Counted from the first letter of the stretch, positions 48,177 through 60,519 are shown. The stretch is 64,000 nt of DNA from Leidyana gryllorum EB-2025a (GCA_048772705.1 JBLWGC010000230.1:682001-746000); one strand, 5' to 3'. The notes: generated by a model not told the origin, from the letters alone. Translations and numbers: made by a program.

Positions 48177-49694
48177 TGAGAGGGCTGGTGGTTTTATGTT
48201 GGGTTCATGTCGAATCAAAGTCAATTCTGGGAGCCGTGGGAGGTTTGCTGAGTCCTTTGCTGCATGGGGTTACTCCTGAAGACCTCGGCGAGGAAGATCC
48301 TACCAGATACCCAACCACCACCTTCAAGTCTGACGTGCCGGCCGTGTATGACGGATGGTCGGGACCTATCCCAACCCTCGACTACTGGACTGGGGCCACA
48401 GACTATGTTGATCATAAACCGGTGGACTATAATCCAGCATCGGAGGAGAATCTGCCTCGGTCGTGTCCTGCGAAAAAATGCTCGATCTATCACTTCGGCC
48501 ACGGATTGATCTGCAACTGTCACCAACTCAAGGTCAATCGTCGGAAGGGTCACGTCGGCGACGCTTGTTGGCAGGAAGAGGCAGCGAGTACCGATCCCAA
48601 AGGGTGTATCAGTCGCAAAAAGTCCACCAAATGCGAGTCCAATCGAAGCGATGGCTCTTGTGATCCGTCTGATTGTCTCGCTTGGACGACGGAGGGATGC
48701 GATATGTGCCTGTGTCGGAATGGCAAGTCGTTCTGCACACACTTGGCCAGTCCGCAAGAGATGCCTTTGACCTGTCGCACAACATGCTTGGCGTCCAACA
48801 TGAGCGAGATACACACTCTGTCCTTTTCATCGCTCTTTGAGAGCTCCAACAAGCACTTCTGGTACCGGTCCCGACGAGGTGAGACATCGTTCAAAGTGAA
48901 AGACACACACGTGTGTGCTTGCTGCAGAGTCGTTTGAGGAGGAGTTTGGTTTCGACGGTTTCGAGTCTGACGATGATGACGAAGACGAGGCAGCTGATGA
49001 CTTGCTCAATGACCGAGTGCGTTCCAGATTGCGGAATCGTCGTGGAGTGAATGACAGATTACGGCGAGAAGAGGCCCCGCACAATGCACCGGCAGCAGCA
49101 GAAGTGGTCCATTTGACAACCACTGAGAGTCCCCACGTGACGACGACGACGACGGCAAGTGAAACAGAGAGCCCGCAACCGACGACGAGTACAGTTGCTG
49201 CGACCACAACGAGTAGTAGTAGTAGTAGTAGCAGTACTACGACTACCACCACTACGACTACCACTCCTACAACTACCACTCCTACAACTACCACTCCTAC
49301 AACTACCACTCCTACCAAGGCGCCGACAACGTCGACGTCGACGACAAGCGGAGTGAGTAGTACTTCCAGCTCTCGATTTAATTCGAGTATGGCTACGTTG
49401 GCTACTGGGCGAGTAGGAGGGGACGGCGTCGGCACAGAGTGTGTGGAGAAAGATGGGTACCTATACACGACGGAGCGTGAAAAAGTGTCTGAGGACTGGG
49501 ATAATGGTATGTATGATAAACGTTCATATTGGGATCGGCATCGTGAGAGCGGGTCGCGGCGAAACAGTAGTTCGGAGCGGACTTTGCCTGATGGCACAAT
49601 AGTGCATGAGAGTGTGGAGGAAAGTGAGCATATGGAGGAGCACTTGGAGGAGGTAGTGCACGAGCACCAGGAATGGTCTTCTTCGCGTTCGTAA
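48173..49694 (+). CDS. secreted Cys-rich + poly-Thr mucin-like protein, 2 exons
   Basis: Signal-like MMRGLVVLCWVHVES, two Cys modules and (TTTTP)n/poly-S tracts. Intron 48879-48927 is frame-consistent. Confidence 0.8.
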
Positions 49695-49753
49695 TGTATG
49701 TGTGATTAAGTTACATACTCGTGGTGCTTGGACCAGAATTTGAACGATAAGGT

Positions 49754-52700
49754 ATGGCGCCGCCGAAGGGTTCGTCAAGACCGCGAAAAGCGAAGAGCGA
49801 GGCTAAAGCTTCGTCTGCGAAGGGGGCAAAAGCGGGTGGTAAGGTTGGTGGGAGGGCGGCAGCAGCAGTGGCGGCTGCAGCGGCGGCTGTAGTGGGGGAG
49901 GTTGGCGAGTACACTGACAGCTACGACTCGGAGAGCAACCATGAGACTGTGCCTCCGCTCAGTTCTCCGTCTCCCGCGCCCGGTCCCGTGAAGCAGATGT
50001 ATACAGATGCTTTGAGTGGGGTGGGTAGCGGTGTGCCGTTGGCGAGTTGGGTGCACTTATTGACAAATTTTGAGGATCGGCACGCTGAGATATTCTATCT
50101 GCCTGATGCTCTGTCTTTCATAATCTATGAGGGTCCTCCTGAGCACCACAACGATTACACACAGTATGTGGACAAGTTGCTGGAAGGATTGATCACCGAC
50201 GCGGTGGCTACTGGGGCTGTGGAGCCTGAGCGGATCGGAGTGCCGGTTACAGAGGTCGTGAATGCGTTGGTGTCGGTGCCGAAGAAGGCAGCAGCGCAGC
50301 CCCGTCTCAAGTCGCGAACGAAAGCGAAGCTGGAGAAGGCTGGAATCATTGTGGATGACAAGCCGCCGCCAAAATATGAGCCTCCAGCGCGTGTGATTGA
50401 CCCGAACGAGCCGCCGAGAATTCAAAACTCGCAAGGGTTCCGGGTTGAGTGGTTCGTGATGAAACGGTTCCTGTTTGAGTGTCTGAACTTTTTGTACGAT
50501 CCGCTGCGAAGACTGTTGCAGTGGTCGAAGGATTCCATAATTGACAACCGGAAAGCGGCTTCGATATTAGAGGACTGTCACTCAGTACGGAGAAAGATGT
50601 TATTCTTTGACAAAGAGTTCATAAGTAGCTGGGCAGGATCAACACTGATGAGCTATCTGGCCAATCAAGGCGTCACCCTTCCGACCCACTTCCTGATGTT
50701 ATTCTTGAACCCCAATCTTCGCGACGGATTATACGACATGTTGGTGCTCAATTTCCGTTTCGAAGTGCTGCACCCAGAACTGCGTCTGGAAGTCCGGCCC
50801 GACACCGAGGACAATGTGCCCCGACCAATTCTTCGGAGACCTTACCGTCCGATTTCTGAACGGACGAGGGAGGCGAAACGGCCGTGGTTTATACCCCCCG
50901 TGCGCGAAACACACGCGCGACACATGAAAACTATCGCTGACGAAGAGCTGTTGCGGATCGCTTACTTTCAACAGAGTCAATACTATATGGGTGCTGTCCA
51001 CGCTTACCTCTCAGATCAGGCGAAGGGGCAGGGGAACCCGAAACCCAAAGCCCCGCCTCTTGCCGTCCCCTATCCTCCGACCGCCGTACCACACACAACA
51101 CAGATGTACCAACAAGTGCAGTATCAACATATGCTCCGCAGCCAATATCTACAATACCCGGGAGCCCAACACATGTACACACAACAACCTCGACAGCCCA
51201 TCAGTCAAGTGTCGCCCGTGTCTCCAGCCGACGCGACCCATCTGGCCCAATGTCGGGCCACGGCATTCGTCTCGGCTGTCATGCAGCAGGCGGCAGCTGC
51301 AGGCACCGCCACTAAAGCCCATGTGCCCCCACCGTTCAGTCTGCCACATAGCTCGCAGACCTCACAGACACCGCAGATACCTCCCGCTTCACAGCTGCCT
51401 CCCGGGTCCCATCCCCACCAACTCCCGCCCCCCCATTTGGTATCTTATCCTCACCAGGTGCTGCATCGCCCTCCATTAGCTCACCTTCACCAGACAGTCC
51501 ATCGACCTCAAATAGCGCATCGCGGCCAGATTCCTCATCCTCGACCCACAGGGACGGTGCCCATCCGAATGGTGCCGCAGATGCCGCCACCACAAGTGAC
51601 AACTCTTCGTCCGACAATGAATGACCCCCTCCAGGTGGCACAAGCTGCCGCTGAACTGAGTGCTTCCAGCAGTACAATGTCGATGCCCCGTTCCAGCAGC
51701 TTCCCAATGACAGCCTTTCCCCACCCTATGTGGAGAAGTCAAATGATGCCGAGTCCATTCATGTTACACCAGACCCCGAGTCAGTACTACATGAAGAGTG
51801 TTGGGTCCATGCCGGAGCCAACCTCACAGGCGTCTGTGGGTGCCCTATCGCCGCCGTCAAACACTTCTGGGCCTCAAATCCTCCTGGAGTCCCCTCCCCC
51901 AGCGGGTGCCTCGTCCTCCAGTGGAGGTGAGGCGGCCCCCTATTCGCCCGTTCAGACCGATACCTCGTCGCTCATCCGGGTGGTACCCGACCGGCGGGCA
52001 GAGGCCCCAGCAGCAGAGTCGCAACAGCCAACCTTGGAAGAGGAGCCTCAGCACGAAGCTCCGCCGCGATCTCGAGGGGGTTCGAGATCAGCGTCCAAGT
52101 CCAATTCCTCAGTGGCCCCATCGTCGCCAATCGTCGCCCTCACGGGTCCACAACTGCAGGACGCCGACAACGATGGAGATGACCAGCAGAGTCCGAGTCA
52201 GACTCCACAGCGATCGCCCAGGGTGAGACGGATTAAATCGGCTCCGCCGGCCAAAGAAGGAGAGAGTGATAACGAACCCGAAGAACCGCCTGTCGAGCAG
52301 GAGAGTCCGGGGGCGAGACTCCGGCGGATGAGATGGCAAGTCAAACGTGACGAGATTATCGAACGCGAGTTCGGATTCAAAAGTTCATTCGCTAAGATAT
52401 ACAGAAGACCGGAGAATGCGGATATTCTGGTTCGGGCCCTCATGTCAATGATGCAGGCTCCAAACATTGTCAGAAAGGTGATTGCGGAGGACGATGTCAA
52501 AGTCAATGGCACCTGTCTGCTGGGTCCCGACCAACGACTGGTGCTCCACTTTGAAAGGAACACTCAGATCACTTACCTCAAAGAACTGAGAACGATTCTC
52601 ATGACACCCGCGGCATTGACTGCTGCAGAAAAGCCCTCCAGCCAGCGGTACGCACCACCACCCGACTGGAAGGCGATACACCAAAAGATGATACGCGTTC

Positions 52701-53374
52701 TCGAAACAATGTACGAGAATCGCCTCCCCTTTGAGCCAAACAGAGATATGCTGCCGCCATTGGACCTCAAACGCGAATTCTTTGACTTCAAACTCGATAG
52801 GATCCACGCTCGCACCCTTCAGGAGGAAGCCAAACGACCTTTTGTCTATTGCAACAAGGTCAAAATGGGAACACCCGAACCTGAAATTCTACCTGCCAAC
52901 CGACTCGGAGGCGGGTTCTATCTCAGCTCAACCAAAAGAGGGAAAATCAGTATCGTCATGGGGGTCATGGCCGAGGTCGTCGATCGCATAGAAGAGGCTT
53001 TCCTCCTGGCCAAGGCTCTGGTCAGCGATCTTGTCGATGTCAACGTCCTCATCGATAATGCCGGCGAACAGCCTTCACCCCCCGGCATCCCAGCACAGAT
53101 AGCACAAGGATTCGCAGAAGCCTACCGCAAAACCCCATCCCTCCCGTCCATCACCTCACAAGCGGGAGGCGAACCTGTCTTCCCAGACCCCAGACTAGCT
53201 TTCACCAATACAGATGCATCAGGCGCGAGAGCCGCGGCCAGCGAGGAGGAAGTGGTTGGTGGCGCAACTTATGTCCACGGACGGGGGTCCGGCTGGAACA
53301 CAGCGCCACGCAAAACTCCTCAGCCAGGTTCTACAGCTAGAGGCCATGGCAAACACGCAACAAAGAGGGGCTGA
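49754..53374 (+). CDS. hypothetical nuclear-type protein with Pro/Gln-rich middle
   Basis: 1206-aa intact ORF with a basic N-terminus and two globular-looking blocks flanking a P/Q/S low-complexity region. No family recognised. Confidence 0.7.
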   Translation: MAPPKGSSRPRKAKSEAKASSAKGAKAGGKVGGRAAAAVAAAAAAVVGEVGEYTDSYDSESNHETVPPLSSPSPAPGPVKQMYTDALSGVGSGVPLASWVHLLTNFEDRHAEIFYLPDALSFIIYEGPPEHHNDYTQYVDKLLEGLITDAVATGAVEPERIGVPVTEVVNALVSVPKKAAAQPRLKSRTKAKLEKAGIIVDDKPPPKYEPPARVIDPNEPPRIQNSQGFRVEWFVMKRFLFECLNFLYDPLRRLLQWSKDSIIDNRKAASILEDCHSVRRKMLFFDKEFISSWAGSTLMSYLANQGVTLPTHFLMLFLNPNLRDGLYDMLVLNFRFEVLHPELRLEVRPDTEDNVPRPILRRPYRPISERTREAKRPWFIPPVRETHARHMKTIADEELLRIAYFQQSQYYMGAVHAYLSDQAKGQGNPKPKAPPLAVPYPPTAVPHTTQMYQQVQYQHMLRSQYLQYPGAQHMYTQQPRQPISQVSPVSPADATHLAQCRATAFVSAVMQQAAAAGTATKAHVPPPFSLPHSSQTSQTPQIPPASQLPPGSHPHQLPPPHLVSYPHQVLHRPPLAHLHQTVHRPQIAHRGQIPHPRPTGTVPIRMVPQMPPPQVTTLRPTMNDPLQVAQAAAELSASSSTMSMPRSSSFPMTAFPHPMWRSQMMPSPFMLHQTPSQYYMKSVGSMPEPTSQASVGALSPPSNTSGPQILLESPPPAGASSSSGGEAAPYSPVQTDTSSLIRVVPDRRAEAPAAESQQPTLEEEPQHEAPPRSRGGSRSASKSNSSVAPSSPIVALTGPQLQDADNDGDDQQSPSQTPQRSPRVRRIKSAPPAKEGESDNEPEEPPVEQESPGARLRRMRWQVKRDEIIEREFGFKSSFAKIYRRPENADILVRALMSMMQAPNIVRKVIAEDDVKVNGTCLLGPDQRLVLHFERNTQITYLKELRTILMTPAALTAAEKPSSQRYAPPPDWKAIHQKMIRVLETMYENRLPFEPNRDMLPPLDLKREFFDFKLDRIHARTLQEEAKRPFVYCNKVKMGTPEPEILPANRLGGGFYLSSTKRGKISIVMGVMAEVVDRIEEAFLLAKALVSDLVDVNVLIDNAGEQPSPPGIPAQIAQGFAEAYRKTPSLPSITSQAGGEPVFPDPRLAFTNTDASGARAAASEEEVVGGATYVHGRGSGWNTAPRKTPQPGSTARGHGKHATKRG

Positions 53375-53379
53375 GAACA

Positions 53380-53988
53380 TCATCTCGGATTGAAAGTTGG
53401 ATTGCGAGCCAATGTGATCGGGAAAATAGGACATGATTTCTGTGACCAATCCACATGAGGCAACGGATGGGCTTCTGTGGTCAATACCACCGGAAGATCC
53501 CATGAGCGGTCGTTCGTTCCAGACCCCAACATTTCCATTATCATGCTGAAGTCAAATGGACTTTCTTCCAGCGGCCGGAACAGTATCGGCCGTGACGGTA
53601 TATCCGACGCATTGCTTTCGGCATACTGTAACGGTTTCAAAGCTGATAGATCCCACGGAAACAAATGTGTACTCAGTGCTTCTCGACTGCTCGGACAGTG
53701 ACTTTTCGTTCGAAGTGATGATACCGTGTCACGTGTATGCATACGCAACCCAGTCAACCAATGCTTCCCCTCGTTCGTCATCATCTTCGTTTGCCTCCCA
53801 GCAGGCGAAAACAGTAACATAGCATACTTGAGCGTTTCCGCTAAGATCCAGGTATCTTGACGACAGCCCAAATAAGTGGGGGTAGTCTGCGTAAGGGAGA
53901 ATAATTCGCGTGATGCCTCTCGAAACGACATTAACATCATTACCACCACATTGTGGGAGTAACACAGCGTACTTCCGGCTCGGAGACA

Positions 53989-54025
<37 letters not shown>

Positions 54026-56357
54026 GGCCAGGTCAGATCAGATCATGTGGTCTAAAATCCAACTTTTCTTACCGAAGTGGCATCATCGATAGAGCACAGA
54101 CCGTGTTTCACACGACCATTAGTCAGCAGAGCGTCTATTATTTGCCATCCATAGTTTCGATACCTGAAGGGTGGTGTTGTGTGTGGTCCATCCGCATCAG
54201 ATTTTCGCTCACTTGATCTTGTGTGTATGCAGGAAGCCGTAGTAGAGTGACTCGAGAGTCTCTGGACGTAGAAGGCTGGTGGGGGTGTCAGGTGTCATCT
54301 GATCGTCACTTAAGAAGTACGTTTCGGCCGCAGCTCCGAGTGGCGAGGTGAGGTACATGGCAGCGCATCCCTCTGTGAGCTCTTCGGCTGTGTTGAACAA
54401 ATCAATGGAGAGATTGCTGCTGAGCGAGAATCTTTGACTGAGGGTGAAGAAGAGGCCTCCAGCGAAACAGCCCTGTAGAAGTCGGTATCAAAGTGGGAGG
54501 GGTGAATGTGTCTCACCAGGTGAGTGTGGTCTATTGAGGAGGTCAGATAGGTGGTATCGTTGGAACTGGAGAGGACAATTCTTTGTAGTACGGCCAGAGG
54601 GCTGCGAGGCGAGCCGGTACGGATTGTGCCCTGGTCGGTCCAATGATCCTGATTTGGTGGGTAGGGCGGCTTTTGCAGCAGTGATTTGATGGAACGATCC
54701 TTCAAGAGGGTCTGCTTGTGTATGAGGAGGTTGGAGGATTTGGCAAAAGCTCTGAGACTCTGCCGACGGACTGGGTCGGAATTGTCTGATTGGAGGGCTG
54801 AAGCTTAGTAAGTGATTGACCCATCTTACTCAATTGGAGAGCGGATTTGACAAGATACTCATAGAAGCTGTCCGATTCAGCCCCGAGAGTGAAGCGTGCG
54901 CCAAAGGTGAAGGTGCCATTGCGGTGTTGATAGATATCGACCGGCATCAGTCCTGTTTCCATGGTGTTGGCCTCATCTATGATTTTATGGAGAATGGTGT
55001 CGGCGATGACTCCGAATTCACAGATGCCCGTCAGGTCAGAGAGCGCTCGGAACTCAATCTGATTTGAGCCCACGACAGCAGCAGTTGAGGCGGTGGTGGT
55101 CTCGGGTGTGCCTGTTATCTGAGTGTGCCAACTCTGTAGGCTCAAATCGCGTGTGATGAGACAAGGAAGTCGCATGGCATCGAGGGAGATGCATTGGGTT
55201 GAGTTCCACGGCATTCCGACCGGGAGGAAATAGGACGACAGGCCGTCTCGGGCCTGAGCGGTGGTGGCTGTGGCTGTGGCTGTGAAGTGATCGGATTTCT
55301 GGACGGCACATCTGAAGAGATTATAGCTGAGTCGGTGGCCGAGGTCCCAAGCTCTGTACAGTAGTATGGGGTGTCCGCTGAGCGTGAAGCCGCTGAGTAG
55401 GCCGCCAAAGCCGCGTATAGTGACCTCGAAGAAGGAGACGAGACGTGTTTCTCGGTGGAAGCTGGGCAAACTGTCTTGAAACTGTCGCATACTTCGCAAT
55501 TGTGTGAGTGTATCGCTGATGAGGGGGCCGTCGGATGACACAATGGGGGGCAGACAGGTGTCGAGGGCAACAGCGAGCTCGCGCTCTGCAAGATCTAATT
55601 TTGAGGGTTTGGTTGCGGTGGTCACAGCTAAGACCAATCGCTGTAATTGATCGACTTTGCATTTTGTGTGATCCTTTTCGGGTATCCGGTTGAGATAACG
55701 TTCACGGAAAGTCAAGTAATAGTCTTTGCCCATTAGTGCCTCTTCGATAACAGCAACCAGTTCTATCCAGCGAGCGGCATCCCAGAAGGCATTGTGCCTC
55801 AAGCTGGGCGACATGTATAGTGTATCAAGATTATCCAGAATAAACATTGGCTCTGAGGCCCACTCGCCCCGGCTAGTCTCCCCATTTCGAGGGTCCATTT
55901 CAGGGGCACCAAACGCGTGTCTGGCATAGTTCAGCCACACGAATTGCATTGTGCGGTCTACCCACCGTAAGCGGTGACCATTTTCCTCGGCCAGAAACTC
56001 ACTAAAGCTCGATGCGCGCGATAGGATGCCACTGTTGCCCCGTCGTTTCCGGTATGTGGGAGGGCACATCCGAAGGGTCCAAAAGGCCTCTTGTTGAGCT
56101 TCGCTCAGAGCATAGAGGTCGTTCGGACTCTCCAACGTCTCCTTCTGCTTCGCCGACGGCTGATTAGACTTCATATACGGACTTGACGCCCATTTTGCAA
56201 TGTCAACATGGCAACGTTCCTTCACTCGGCGGCCCCGTGCCGCACACACTTGGTGGGCCAGCTTCTTCCGACGGACTTGGCCGTTTCTGGCCAACAAAGC
56301 CATCCCATTGTACGCAGCATCAGCATACCACAACAACGCCAGCACCCATACTCGCAT
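53380..56357 (-). CDS. class I alpha-1,2-mannosidase (GH47), multi-exon
   Basis: WLNYARHAFG, LDNLDTLYM, FEVTIR, TLGAESDSFYEYLVK, LLRPETLES, LAETLKY and TTEAHP. Signal-like MRVWVLALLW at ATG 56357. Confidence 0.9.
53992..54022. repeat. (CA)n microsatellite in GH47 intron
   Basis: About 15 CA units. Similar tracts occur at ~31873-31909, 38840-38861 and 40428-40446. Confidence 0.9.
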
Positions 56358-56378
56358 CGAAATTTCGGTCACACAGTG

Positions 56379-59300
56379 ATGGTGGCCTTTGATTTCATCC
56401 AGAAGGACGAGTTTACAGAGGCCACACAGGTCCATAACCTCGGCCGTCTACTCACACGCTCCTCTCGCGAAGCCTATGACTGTATCCGGGAGGCAATGTT
56501 GGCTGCCACCCAGGCGGCGACCAGTGCCTCGTTGATCGAAGCGGACACCACGCGGACTCAGCTATGGGAAAGGGTCAGAACTCTCCGCGAGGTCTTTCTC
56601 AAACTCCTCGTGATACTGCAACTCAAAGAGACCCTTCCCAGCATCAATCAGGCGATTCAAATTGGTGCGTCTATCTGGGATGCGCGTGAAGCGGTTAGAC
56701 GCCGAGCCCAAGAATTCTATGAAATACAATGGCCACCTCTCGGAGGATTCGCTCCTCCAGCCCCTCCCCCCGCTATCCAATCCGCGGTCGACCTTCTGAC
56801 CCTCAAAAAGTCCACTACAATGCCCATATATACACAACTTGCTGTCGAGCAAACGAATAGCAATCCGCTCGACTGTGTCAATAATCTCAGACTCCCAGGT
56901 AACCAACCAATCGCCCCAGCCGCCGCCTCACTCTAACAACAGAGAAAACCCGAAGCGAAATCGAGCACAAACTCACCTCTGCGATCCTCGCCGACTATGC
57001 GCTCGCCCTCAGTCGTGGGAAACGGATGGAGCGAAGTCTCAACTTTGTGAAATTCCGTCTCATTCGCGGCAGAATTCATCTCACAGCCGAAGGCGAATTC
57101 GAACTCGCCTTCATATCAGACTTCCGCAAGTGAGTCAAATCTCGTCCCTAAACCGCCGTTTATGGACACTCTCACACAGATTTCAGTTCGAAAGCTGCAA
57201 ATTCCTCATTGGTCACAGCGTTGGCTACGGTAGCTCGGCTGAACTCGAGCTCTCCAGCTGTCACACCATCCAGTCAGCCAGCAATGTCGTCGTCCACACC
57301 TTCGACGAGCTGCGGAGGAGAGTGCTGTACGAACTCAACAGTTGGAAAGCCCTCATCAACGCATCCAAAGAAAACCGCGAGAAGTGCCGTCAGGTTAACG
57401 CTTTCTACCGCTGGCTGAACGCGGAGGGTCTGCTCAAACCCACCAAAGATGGAGGACCCATCAAACTTCAGGGCTCGATAGAGCTCGTCGAACTGCTCAC
57501 TGAGGACCTTTTCCAAAAGATGCTCAACCCGCCCGACGTCACACCGCCCACTCCGGAGGAAGTCGCCGCTGCGGCCGCAGAACCGGCAGAAGAGAAAGCC
57601 GAACCCGAGAAACCGGAAGCGGAACCTCAGGAACCCGTCGAGGACACAAAGACTCACATAGGCCCTCGCCGTCCCCTCCTGGGACCCCCACCGACAGCAG
57701 AGGAACTCAAAGCCACTGGACCGACTGAGGAGGAACAGGCGGCTGCAAAAGCTGCGGCTGAAGCCACGGCGGCCAAACTCGAGGAAGAGGCCAAAGCGGC
57801 CGTGGACGCTGCTGAAGACGCCATCGACGCCCCGCCTCTCGACGAACTCTGTGAACAACTCTACGATATGTTAATGGCCCTCGAATTCAAGTGTGCCAAG
57901 CGGCTCGAGTTTGAGAGAGAGAGATATCGGGGCCTCGACAGCAATCTATTCTCGTTTGAATTCTACCGATATATCATTCGGATGGCCGCAAGACAGTCCC
58001 GCTATATGGCCTGGCTCATCCTTCGAGACCAAGCCAGGTGTATCCGGGACTGTCAACTGCCACCCGCGGGACTCTTCCACGTCCACGAACACAAGAAGCA
58101 ACGCTATCGCAAAACTGCCGCCGGCGCCGCATCCACTGTTCACGACAACACCAGTATAGGAGGGGGCGAAGGGGTCCCCGTATGGAAACAGCTCTTCACA
58201 GAGTACTTTCCTGACCTCCCTGATGATCCAAACGTCGAGAAAATACGCCCAGGCAGCGACGAGATTCCCTTCGCTACCCTATTCCCCGGAAACACCTTCC
58301 CACTATACAGCCAGCACCTGGAACTCGACATAATGCCCGGACTCCCACTCCTACTCTTCCAGAGGCTAATTCCAGCCCTTGCCTCGGGCAAGCGCTCACA
58401 CTACCGCAGAGGATCCGACCAGAGCGTTGGGGGGGCATCCGTTAGTCCTTCTATGGGTCCCGCTGCCAGTGGCCGCATGGACAATGATGTGGACACAATA
58501 CAAGGAGGCCGCAGTGCCCAAGCAGAATCGAAACCTATCAACAAAATCCCGCCCATTGCCCGCCTCACCTTCACAATGGACCAAATCAATAGCGAGCTGA
58601 GTGTCAACCTCTGGCCCCTCAGCGGAATCGTGCAACTCTATGAGAACACAGTCCACGACGAACTCGGTGATCAGTCCCAGGAAGAAGATCTGGAACAACT
58701 TGATCAAGAGGAAAAAGCTATCGTGCGCGAAAGGGTCGCAATTGTTCGCGATCTTCTCAGACATATGGTCCAGCTGCCCAGTCTCAGAGCATTCTATCTA
58801 TTCGATGAGTCTCTTGTGGCACAACAAAACACAACAGGACGCATAGGAGCGACCTTCAACAAAGCGTCAAGTTCAACAGTCAAATGCTTCACGCCAAATG
58901 CTCTCAATCTGAGCACATGGCTAAGCAGATCATACCGAGTATTGGCTTCCTTGGCACTGCGAATGCTCAAAACCGAGTTGGAGCTCGCTCGCTCCGGCAA
59001 GCGAGCAGCAAGATTCGTCGCTCCTCCAAGTGACCCGGCTCATACAAACGACCAAGTGCCCTTGAACTCTGACGCATCAACCGCAGTCGAAAATCCCTTG
59101 AGCGTCAACAATCCTGATGCTGACACCGACCGCTTGAGCGACTCTTGGTCCTTCGTTCTTTTGGAATCTGTCTCCGATCGAGCTCGCGCAGATTTCAGCC
59201 GAGATCAAGATTCAACACAACTTCGAATCCTACACGGAGGCGAAGTCATCTTCATCATTTGGGTAGATTTCCTCACTGGAGCGCTCAGTCTAAATCCCAG

Positions 59301-59553
59301 TCGGTTCGGCAACTGGCTGCAAAAGCTCATGATCAATACCGATCAAGCGTCCAACTATGTGTGTCATCTCGCCAATCATCTCAGCACCGGCGATGTCCCC
59401 CGTTTGGTCATGGCATTGGCTAGTCTCGAGCCTTATTTGAAGTCCGAACCCGCACAAGCACCCGTGGCACCTTCATGTGTCACGGTCCTGTCTGAAGACG
59501 AAGACGAGGAGGTGGCAGCCTCGCCGCCACTCAAACGCACAAGAGCCGTATAA
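56379..59553 (+). CDS. MED14: Mediator subunit 14-like, 3 exons
   Basis: NLGRLLTRSSREAY, REVFLKLLVIL, AIQSAVDLLT and spliced GRIHLTAEGEFEL follow the Med14/Rgr1 N-terminal pattern. Introns 56899-56942 and 57130-57179. Confidence 0.7.
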
Positions 59554-59560
59554 AGTGCTG

Positions 59561-60519
59561 CTAAGATGGCCACAAGGCATTGAGCACATGAATCTGGCCA
59601 CTGATGACGTCGGCCGCTCCGCCGAACGCCTGAGCGATGGTTGATGCCAGTGAGATCGGGGCACAATAACGATCAACCCATCTGATGAGGTACCTCCGCC
59701 ACTTGCGCCGAGCTCGACCTGTACGCAATTGCAGCGTATCAGTTATGTCGATGAGATCTCGCCAAGCACTCGGCTTGATCTGCTTCATGCTGTCCAACCG
59801 CTTGCGGGCGGTCAATAAATCGATAGGGTACCGTTCTGCATTTCTCTAAGGGTAGGAGGTAGAGGCTGCCGAATCCCAGCTTGCTCACCCGCACTCGTTC
59901 AAGTCTCTTGACATACGTGGGGAGCCTATTCAACTCCGAGATATCTCTCTTATGACGGCTGATGAAATTGTCCAGAAAATCAAGTTGTGGACGTCCCCAT
60001 TGATCATCGGGGACATGCACCCATAATGGTTCAACGCGGTCCTCCTCTAAATCCTTCAGAACTGATGTCGGTGTCACAAATGAAGGCGGACCAGTACTAA
60101 ACTCACCGCCTTGGAGCTCCTCAAGCGCCTCCACAACCGTCGTGTTGACATAAAAGCCAGCAACACTCGGATAGCTGGGATCCCTCCACATCGCATCAAC
60201 TTCTTTGTCCGACTTTCCACTTCTCCGAGCGGAATCCTGAATGAGACGAATCGGACAGTCAGATCACATGCTTGATGACCAACCTTATCTAATTGCAGAT
60301 TGTATGCTGCTTCGGCTTTTGCTTCAGCGATAATGGAGTTGCGCTGGGTTTGCCAGTCCTCTTCCATCTTCTTCATCGCTGCTCTGACTTCGTTGAGCAG
60401 TTTGGATTCGGTTTGCATGGTTTGCGCGACCCGCGCAACATACTTGTTGTTCAAGTGCGAAACCAACCGGTTGCAGCTATTTATTGCGGTTGTAGTAGCT
60501 CGACTCTTCCTTTGAGCAT
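59561..60519 (-). CDS. hypothetical protein, multi-exon, coiled coil
   Basis: Three consecutive minus-strand ORFs with GT/AG boundaries. Start is ATG 60519 or 60549. Confidence 0.5.

Noticed and set aside
48827-49597. Antisense ORF with long poly-Val/Leu, and similar antisense or alternate-frame ORFs (e.g. 18143-19342, 40553-41308)
   Set aside because: These are shadows of low-complexity or strongly coding sense genes, such as the ACT/ACC Thr repeats.
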